A model generated the notes under the pieces. It saw only the letters and a program-made list of their open reading frames with translations. It had not been told where the DNA came from and did no database searches. A stretch of 64,000 bases of DNA from Candidatus Gottesmanbacteria bacterium (GTDB lineage Bacteria > Patescibacteriota > Microgenomatia > UBA10105 > UBA927): contig CAWBPL010000002.1 in assembly GCA_963790805.1 (NCBI GenBank), forward strand, positions 448,696-512,695, read 5' to 3'. This document shows, in pieces, positions 47,730 to 53,645 of this stretch (the first letter of the stretch is position 1; each line of letters begins with the position of its first letter). The position numbers and the translations under genes are program-made.

Positions 47730-47770
47730 GTTCTAAGTTCTTGTAACCTCCGCAACCAAATTTGAGGCTG
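47730..47770 (+). repeat. island direct repeat, copy D (starts the nucleotide after the stop codon)
   Basis: GTTCTAAGTTCTTGTAACCTCCGCAAC CAAATTTGAGGCTG. Confidence 0.85.
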
Positions 47771-47774
47771 ATAT

Positions 47775-47803
47775 TTGACAAAAGAGCCTATAAATGCGAT
47801 ACT
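47775..47803 (+). promoter_or_regulatory. sigma70-like promoter of the T-box leader
   Basis: TTGACA (47775-47780), 17-nt spacer, GATACT (47798-47803). Confidence 0.6.
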
Positions 47804-47809
47804 TTTACC

Positions 47810-48127
47810 CTAAGTGAATACAGGCGATGTGGAGTGAGGATGGAGCCCACTTCATGAAAGAAATGTCGAACTTTCATGACGCTGACCCTAATCAGGTACG
47901 GAGGCGAAACCGTAAAAAGTCTGTCAACATATGTCGCAAGTAGCGGAGTATGTCATAAACAAGACTTCTTACATGACGTGCTTCCTTAAAGGGAAGCATT
48001 TTTTGTAGGCAAGTGAAACCCTCTTTCGTTGAAACTACGGAGGGTAAACAAGGTGGCACCGCCCTCAATAAGAGAGCCCTTGTAAGTCTTTCAGGACTTT
48101 TTCTGGGAGATTTGCAAGGGTTTTTTT
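47810..48127 (+). promoter_or_regulatory. T-box riboswitch leader (transcription attenuation type)
   Basis: T-box sequence AACAAGGTGGCACCGCC (48047-48063). Antiterminator: A1 CAAGG/CCTTG, 7-nt bulge TGGCACC, A2 GCCCTC/GAGAGC. Competing 13-bp terminator CCCTTGTAAGTCT...AGATTTGCAAGGG (48077-48120) plus T7. Stem III ACCCTC/GAGGGT. Upstream GCGATG/AGTGA elements. Confidence 0.8.
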
Positions 48128-48222
48128 ATAGCGATAGTTCAGTTGGCAGAACGCGTGTGCGGAATGCGTGAGCGCTACGCGGTTGGGGCTTGAATCGCCG
48201 GTTCGATTCCGGCCCCGCCTGC
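48128..48222 (+). ncRNA. tRNA-like element of unclear status (canonical D arm and T arm, no foldable acceptor or anticodon arm)
   Basis: TA-GTTC-AGTTGGCA-GAAC (48135-48152) and GCCGG-TTCGATT-CCGGC (48197-48213), followed by CCCGCCT-G. The 44 nt between them gave no 5-7-5 anticodon arm with U33, and no AGGCGGG 5' strand is present. Confidence 0.35.
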
Positions 48223-48257
48223 ACGGTAAAAATTATTTGATACAATAAGGAGGTTGT

Positions 48258-50123
48258 ATGAAAGATCGAATAGTTCAAAAATATAGTGAAGAGTTAACGA
48301 AACTCGGAATTCATCACGAGGTATTTGAGCATCCGCAACTTATTTCTGTTGAAAAAGTGCAAAAGTATCTGGGGTATGGAATGGATGATTCTGCGGCAAC
48401 GCTGGTGATGAAAGCAGGGGATCGATTTGTCGCAATTATTCGTAGGGGAGACACGAAGCTCGATAGCGAAAAAGTCAAAAAATTATTAAACGTTACGACG
48501 CTTCGTATGGCGACGGAAGAAGAATTTTCCGATGTTACGGGTGTGCCAAGTGGAGCGGCGAGTGTGTATATTCCCAATATTCCAACGTTTATTGATAAGC
48601 GGATTTTTGAAAAACAATACATTAATGCAGGATCCGGCAGTCTTTTATATACCATTCGATATAAAGCAGAAGATTTAAAAAAGATTCCAGGGATAACCGT
48701 TGTTAATGTAACAAACGCAGATAACGCTTTAACCCCTGTAGAAAAATTAGAGGTGCCTAAGGGTAAACGGCTCTATTCTGCTATTACGCCCAGTGGTGAT
48801 GGGACACTCCATATCGGCAACTATCTCGGTGCGGTGCGGCAGTTTATTGAACTTGCAAAATACAATGAGTGTTTTTTTCAGCTGGCGACCATTCACGGAC
48901 TCACAACCATTCAGGATCAAAAGCAACTGGCTGGAAACATCGAGCGGTTAACTCTCAACGAACTGGCGCTTCTTGGAGAAAATCCTAATATTTATTTCTG
49001 TTATCAATCAGATATTCCCTATCACACCGAGCTCCAATCGATTCTCAATAATGTGACACCCTTGGGACTGCTTAAGCGTGCGCATGCGTATAAAGACAAA
49101 CTTGGTAAAGATGTCATGGAAGATGATATAAACGTCGGTTTGTTTAGTTATCCTATGCTCATGGCTGCTGACATATTGATTTATAAAGCCACGCTCGTGC
49201 CGGTGGGGAGGGATCAAAAACAGCACGTGGAAATAACGAGAGATATAGCAGAGCGGTTTAATAGGATTTATAAGAAGAAAGTATTTCCGCTTCCTGATCC
49301 TTATATACCCGAAGAAGTAGCGGTCATTCTCGGTACCGATGGGCAGCGAAAAATGAGTAAAACGCTTGGAAACATCATAAGTATTTTTGAAGATGAGGAA
49401 GTTATTAGAAAACAGGTAAACGGAACGTTTACCGATCCGACCCGGAAACACGTGACTGATCCTGGTCATGTTGAGGGAAACATGGTATTCACCTACCTCG
49501 ACTTTTTTGGTGAAAAGGAAAAAGTCAGTGAACTCAAGGAGCTCTATAAAGCAGGTAAAGTAAGCGACGTCGAAGTGAAAAAATATTTATTCGAAGCACT
49601 TATGAAGACATTCGCTCCCGCGAGGGCCCGGTATGCGGATCTCGTTGCCAACCCTGAAAAAGTGAAAAAGATTTTAGATCGGGGACGTGGGCACGCACTA
49701 GAGGTAGCATCCAAGACGATGGCAGAAGTGCGTGAGGCGGTCGGGTTTACGAATCGATATTCATTGGGACAACCATCAACGCAGGTTACTGGTAATAGCA
49801 AAATCACAATCGATGATTTTGCCAAAGTAGATGTACGGGTAGGAAAAGTTGAGGCAGCGGAAAATGTCGAAAAGAGCGAAAAACTCATCCGGCTGCATGT
49901 GGATTTCGGGAGTGGCGGCAAGCGGATTATTTTTACCGGCGTCCGGCAGTTTGGCTATACGGCGGAATATTTTACCGGTAAACAATTTTTCTTTGTGTTT
50001 AACCTTGAGCCGCGAAAGATGATGGGGGAGGAAAGTCAGGGAATGATTGTTGCGGTTGATGGCTCTCAAAAACCCATCTTCTTGTCAGGTGAAGGAATGC
50101 CGCTGGGGGCACGAATTCGATAA
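48258..50123 (+). CDS. trpS: tryptophan--tRNA ligase fused to an N-terminal YbaK/ProX-like editing domain and a C-terminal Trbp111/EMAPII-like tRNA-binding domain
   Basis: aa 1-165: ATLVMKAGDRFVAIIRRGDTKLDSEKVKKLL...GVPSGAASVY (YbaK-type). Core: ITPSGDGTLHIGNYLGA (HIGH), VPVGRDQKQHVEITRDIAERFN, KMSKTLGN. C-terminus: IDDFAKVDVRVGKVEAAENVEKSEKLIRLHVDFG (OB-fold tRNA-binding). AGGAGG RBS at 48249-48254. Confidence 0.8.
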   Translation: MKDRIVQKYSEELTKLGIHHEVFEHPQLISVEKVQKYLGYGMDDSAATLVMKAGDRFVAIIRRGDTKLDSEKVKKLLNVTTLRMATEEEFSDVTGVPSGAASVYIPNIPTFIDKRIFEKQYINAGSGSLLYTIRYKAEDLKKIPGITVVNVTNADNALTPVEKLEVPKGKRLYSAITPSGDGTLHIGNYLGAVRQFIELAKYNECFFQLATIHGLTTIQDQKQLAGNIERLTLNELALLGENPNIYFCYQSDIPYHTELQSILNNVTPLGLLKRAHAYKDKLGKDVMEDDINVGLFSYPMLMAADILIYKATLVPVGRDQKQHVEITRDIAERFNRIYKKKVFPLPDPYIPEEVAVILGTDGQRKMSKTLGNIISIFEDEEVIRKQVNGTFTDPTRKHVTDPGHVEGNMVFTYLDFFGEKEKVSELKELYKAGKVSDVEVKKYLFEALMKTFAPARARYADLVANPEKVKKILDRGRGHALEVASKTMAEVREAVGFTNRYSLGQPSTQVTGNSKITIDDFAKVDVRVGKVEAAENVEKSEKLIRLHVDFGSGGKRIIFTGVRQFGYTAEYFTGKQFFFVFNLEPRKMMGEESQGMIVAVDGSQKPIFLSGEGMPLGARIR

Positions 50124-50187
50124 TTGACTATTCAGCCTTTGTACCGTAATCTAGTGCTAGAAGGGAAATCATTTCCCATCTTATTCT

Positions 50188-51030
50188 ATGGATTCCGTTC
50201 CTTCATCAGTTGTGCCTCCAGCGAGCTCTTCCACCTCATCGCCGCCGGCTGATATGCCGACGCCTCCTGTCCCCCCCACACCGTCGGATTCTTTGGTGGT
50301 CCCCCCAGAACCCCCTCCGGCGCCCGCTGAAGCAACAAATCAACAAAGCTTTTCAGTATCACGTGGAGGAAAAAGAATTGGCAAAAAGCCGTCAGTCGGA
50401 GTAATTCTCACGATTATCTTTCTTCTTTTTGTTACGTTACCCTTAACGGTCATGTTTGTGGGAAATAAAAATCAATCGACTGATGTGCGAAGTAGAGCGG
50501 CGTATGCCCTTGGTCACACCTGTGATCCTTCAGCCGGTTCGGATGGCGGATGCGGGTCAGGAGAAGGATGTTCCTGTAGAAACGGTTCGTGTGCGTGTGG
50601 TCTTACCGGCGGACAGCAACCGTGTTATCACACGATATGTCCAGTAAACTATTCGTGTAATGGTTCGGGCGATGGTTCATATTGCAGTCCGAATACTCCG
50701 ACATCTCCTAACAATCCTCCGTCAGGCAGCACATCAACTCCGACTCCCACGTCCACTACAGCGCCCTCTTGTCCGGCGGTACAAGTGTATAGAAATAATG
50801 TCTTAGTAACTGATTTAAACACCTTGGCGGTCGGGGATACTATAACGGTTGTAATACCGGGTGGCACCGCAACACAGGCGCAGGTTCGTCTCAATGGCGG
50901 AGGGTGGAATGTTCAAACGACAAAAGATGCAAACGGAAATTTTGACATCACCTTCCCGATTTTAGTAAACGCCGGTGTTACCACAGGTACCATCGAATAT
51001 CAGGTGTATATCAATGGAACGTGGTATTAA
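50188..51030 (+). CDS. hypothetical Pro-rich / TM / Cys-rich surface protein
   Basis: PPADMPTPPVPPTPSDSLVVPPEPPPAP, TM (VGVILTIIFLLFVTLPLTVMFV), then a Cys-rich segment. Confidence 0.45.
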   Translation: MDSVPSSVVPPASSSTSSPPADMPTPPVPPTPSDSLVVPPEPPPAPAEATNQQSFSVSRGGKRIGKKPSVGVILTIIFLLFVTLPLTVMFVGNKNQSTDVRSRAAYALGHTCDPSAGSDGGCGSGEGCSCRNGSCACGLTGGQQPCYHTICPVNYSCNGSGDGSYCSPNTPTSPNNPPSGSTSTPTPTSTTAPSCPAVQVYRNNVLVTDLNTLAVGDTITVVIPGGTATQAQVRLNGGGWNVQTTKDANGNFDITFPILVNAGVTTGTIEYQVYINGTWY

Positions 51031-51041
51031 GCTATTTGTGG

Positions 51042-51437
51042 TTAGCTATTGAGGTATTGTTTCACTTTATTCACTACCTGATCCGGGGTCTGATCGCTTT
51101 TGATCATATAGCCTCTGGCCCCGAGTGCTATGGCCCGAACGACTGCGGAGTCATGATCCATATTGGATAAAATGACGATAGATTTGTTGGGTTTCATTGG
51201 TGGCGTTTCCTCTTTAAGTTTTTGAAGAATCTTTAAGCCGTCAATTTTTGGAAGCATAATATCCAAAAGCACCAGATCATAGCCTCCTGCAAACATTTTT
51301 TGATATCCTTCTTCGCCATCTGCCGCATGGTCAACGTCTAACCCTTCAGATTCGAGAATTTCGATATAGAGATCACGCAGGAATTGATCGTCTTCAACGA
51401 TAAGGATTTTTTTTGCGGGTATGGGTTGATCAGTCAT
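51042..51437 (-). CDS. single-domain response regulator (CheY-like receiver)
   Basis: ILIVEDDQFLRD..., phospho-acceptor region DLVLLDIMLPKIDG, conserved K in GARGYMIKS. Confidence 0.85.
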   Translation of the reverse strand: MTDQPIPAKKILIVEDDQFLRDLYIEILESEGLDVDHAADGEEGYQKMFAGGYDLVLLDIMLPKIDGLKILQKLKEETPPMKPNKSIVILSNMDHDSAVVRAIALGARGYMIKSDQTPDQVVNKVKQYLNS

Positions 51438-51489
51438 GGAGCTATTGTTAGTGTAGCGTACTTATTTTGTAGTGTAAAGGAATATACAG

Positions 51490-53637
51490 TTAACCAACCG
51501 GTAACGTAACGGTAAACGTTGATCCCCTCCCGAGCGTTGATTGAACGGATATCGTTCCGCCATGAAGCTCGACATATTGTTTTGAAATATATAATCCCAG
51601 TCCCGATCCGCTTCCGGTGATAGTCACATAAGAGCCTTCAAGTCGACCGAATTTGGAAAATAATTTCGGCATATCATCGGGATGAATTCCTCGGCCAGTA
51701 TCGATGACAGAAAATTCTATGAATTTATCCCTGGGTATAATCCGTAGGGTTACCACTTGATTCATCGGAGTAAATTTAAAGGCGTTTCCGATAAGGTTTT
51801 CCAATACCTGATGGATTTTTTCCCGATCCATCGATATGAGAGGTAATACGTCGGGGACTTCGAGAGACCATGAAAGGTGTAGTTCGGTGGCTTTCGCCTG
51901 AAATTCGTTTTCTATATCACGGCCGAGCTGTACTACATCAACCGGTTCTTTTTTGAGTTTTACCTTGCCGCTTTCGATTCTTGATATATCAAGCATTTCA
52001 TTGACAAGATGAATGAGGCGTTCCGTAGAAATATAGACGCGGTTAAGATATTCTTTTGCTTTAGGTTCAAGAGGGCCAGCTTTATCGTTTAACACAAGCC
52101 ACGCATAGCTTTTGATTGCGGTCATGGGCGTGCGAAGCTCGTGGGAGGCAAGTGACACAAACTCGTCTTTGAGTTTATCGACAAGCTCGAGTCGTTCGTT
52201 GACTGTTTTGAGTTCGCTGGTTGCCTTGTCGATTTCCTCTTTTAAGGTGACATTAAATCTTCGAATTTCCTCAAACGCAAGCGCATTTTCAATGGCAACT
52301 GCGACTTCGGGAGTAAGTATTTCAATTACGTCTAGATCCTGAACAGAATATATATCACCGGACGATTTTTCTCCGAGAATGAGAATTCCAACTTGTTTGC
52401 CTTCTGTTCGAAGATGGGCCACCACTGAAACATGGAGTTTGCGCAATATATCTTTTTCCTGTCCTTCTTTTAATTCTTCAAACACCAGCATGTTTCTTGT
52501 TTGGCTGATGATTTTTATTTCTTCCTCGTCGAGAGTGGGCGGTGTTTCAAATCCTTCACTTTTTACGTCAGCAATAAGATCGTCTTCAAAAAGAATAAAG
52601 GCAGATTTTGTAATGCGAAGATGACTGTTTAATTCCTGAAGAACCCCATGGGTGACATCATCAAGGCGGAGCGTAAATGCCATGATTTTACTAAGATTTC
52701 CCAATAAATCATCGGTGTTATAGCGATTTTTGAAAAAAATTCTATCAGTGATTCGTTCCAGAAAACGTTGGAGCGGGTGAAATGAAAAACTTGCCGTAAT
52801 TGTGATAAGAGACAGAATGATAAATTGAGAAATTGTCAGATTGAGCTTGGCAAATTTATCGCCGATGGTAAATAAAAGCCCGATATACGCACTGATCACC
52901 AAAAAAAACAAAAGTGTGTACGAAGCGGTTCTTGCAACCAAAAACCGAACATCCATGAGCCGATGCTTGATGATTGCATATGAGGTGAGCCCGAGAAACG
53001 CGAGCGCATAGAGCGGGGCCAACGGTTCGAACGATAAATTATTGGCTACCATAACAGGGATAAGAACCGTAATCGTCAGAAGTCCGAGCATGGTAAGAAT
53101 ACCAAGCATGACATAGCGAAGTTGTTCTTTGACTATTCCCGTTGTTTGTCTCCATCGTTTTAGGAGTATATATATTGCACACACGCTGCAAAAAAGCGCA
53201 TAGAGCGCAAAAAGTCCCATACCCCAGCCGGGAACGGGTATTGCTTTGCCGCCTGTCGTATCGACCGCTATGAACGTAAAGGGCGAAACAGCAAGAGGAA
53301 GAAGTAAGATAGCAATAAAAAGAAGTACGGTAAGCGCCGATTTTTTTAAAGGAATCTTATCATTCGGGAGCGTGTGAGCAAGAAGAAAAAAAAGCGTTAC
53401 CTGCGGCACCGCAAAAAATATACTGAGTCTGCCCAAGAGGAGGCTGTAGCGAAAAAAAATAGGGACGACGCCGAGAATACTGACAATTAACCATATTGAG
53501 GTAATCCATGAAAGTGCGCTTAATAATTTATTGCTGGCGCTTTTGGGGTTGTTTTTTGTAACGATGATCGCAACAAATGAGTTAGCTCCAACGACAAAAG
53601 CGAGGATGATTAATTGTAGGGCAGTTAAGACATTCAT
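51490..53637 (-). CDS. sensor histidine kinase (polytopic N-terminus, GAF-like, HisKA, HATPase_c)
   Basis: About 8 N-terminal TM helices. H-box SHELRTPMTAI. N/G boxes NLIGNAFKFT, DTGRGI, GSGLGLYISK. Confidence 0.85.
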   Translation of the reverse strand: MNVLTALQLIILAFVVGANSFVAIIVTKNNPKSASNKLLSALSWITSIWLIVSILGVVPIFFRYSLLLGRLSIFFAVPQVTLFFLLAHTLPNDKIPLKKSALTVLLFIAILLLPLAVSPFTFIAVDTTGGKAIPVPGWGMGLFALYALFCSVCAIYILLKRWRQTTGIVKEQLRYVMLGILTMLGLLTITVLIPVMVANNLSFEPLAPLYALAFLGLTSYAIIKHRLMDVRFLVARTASYTLLFFLVISAYIGLLFTIGDKFAKLNLTISQFIILSLITITASFSFHPLQRFLERITDRIFFKNRYNTDDLLGNLSKIMAFTLRLDDVTHGVLQELNSHLRITKSAFILFEDDLIADVKSEGFETPPTLDEEEIKIISQTRNMLVFEELKEGQEKDILRKLHVSVVAHLRTEGKQVGILILGEKSSGDIYSVQDLDVIEILTPEVAVAIENALAFEEIRRFNVTLKEEIDKATSELKTVNERLELVDKLKDEFVSLASHELRTPMTAIKSYAWLVLNDKAGPLEPKAKEYLNRVYISTERLIHLVNEMLDISRIESGKVKLKKEPVDVVQLGRDIENEFQAKATELHLSWSLEVPDVLPLISMDREKIHQVLENLIGNAFKFTPMNQVVTLRIIPRDKFIEFSVIDTGRGIHPDDMPKLFSKFGRLEGSYVTITGSGSGLGLYISKQYVELHGGTISVQSTLGRGSTFTVTLPVG

Positions 53638-53645
53638 AATTGATG

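Larger units (their letters stand above)
35132..47770. mobile_element. putative integrated element / genomic island (~12.6 kb), composite
   Basis: tRNA-like gene plus serine recombinase at the left end. Hypothetical or phage/plasmid-type small genes inside. Direct repeats related to the left junction at the right end. Flanked by core genes (ftsB-like/tRNA-Met and T-box-trpS). Confidence 0.6.

Noticed and set aside
45781-47770. CRISPR array interpretation of the 27-nt direct repeats
   Set aside because: The spacing is 350-800 bp and the intervals contain promoter-equipped protein-coding ORFs. No cas genes are present, and the repeats have no short uniform spacers.
45781-47770. Classical integron (IntI plus attC cassettes)
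   Set aside because: The repeats lack R''/L''-L'/R' imperfect-palindrome symmetry: the ends GTTCTAAC and AGGCTG are not complementary. No IntI-type gene or attI adjoins the array, and the cassettes carry their own promoters. The idea is kept only as an analogy.
47810-48222. tmRNA (ssrA), suggested by a T-arm plus acceptor-like 3' end about 400 nt after a CAGGCG 5' segment
   Set aside because: No GGAUUCGAC-type 5' tRNA-like-domain motif is present. No tag reading frame ending in a typical ...LAA stop was found. The 3' end is GCA, not an encoded or extendable acceptor paired to the 5' end. The interval is better explained by a T-box with a canonical antiterminator and terminator.
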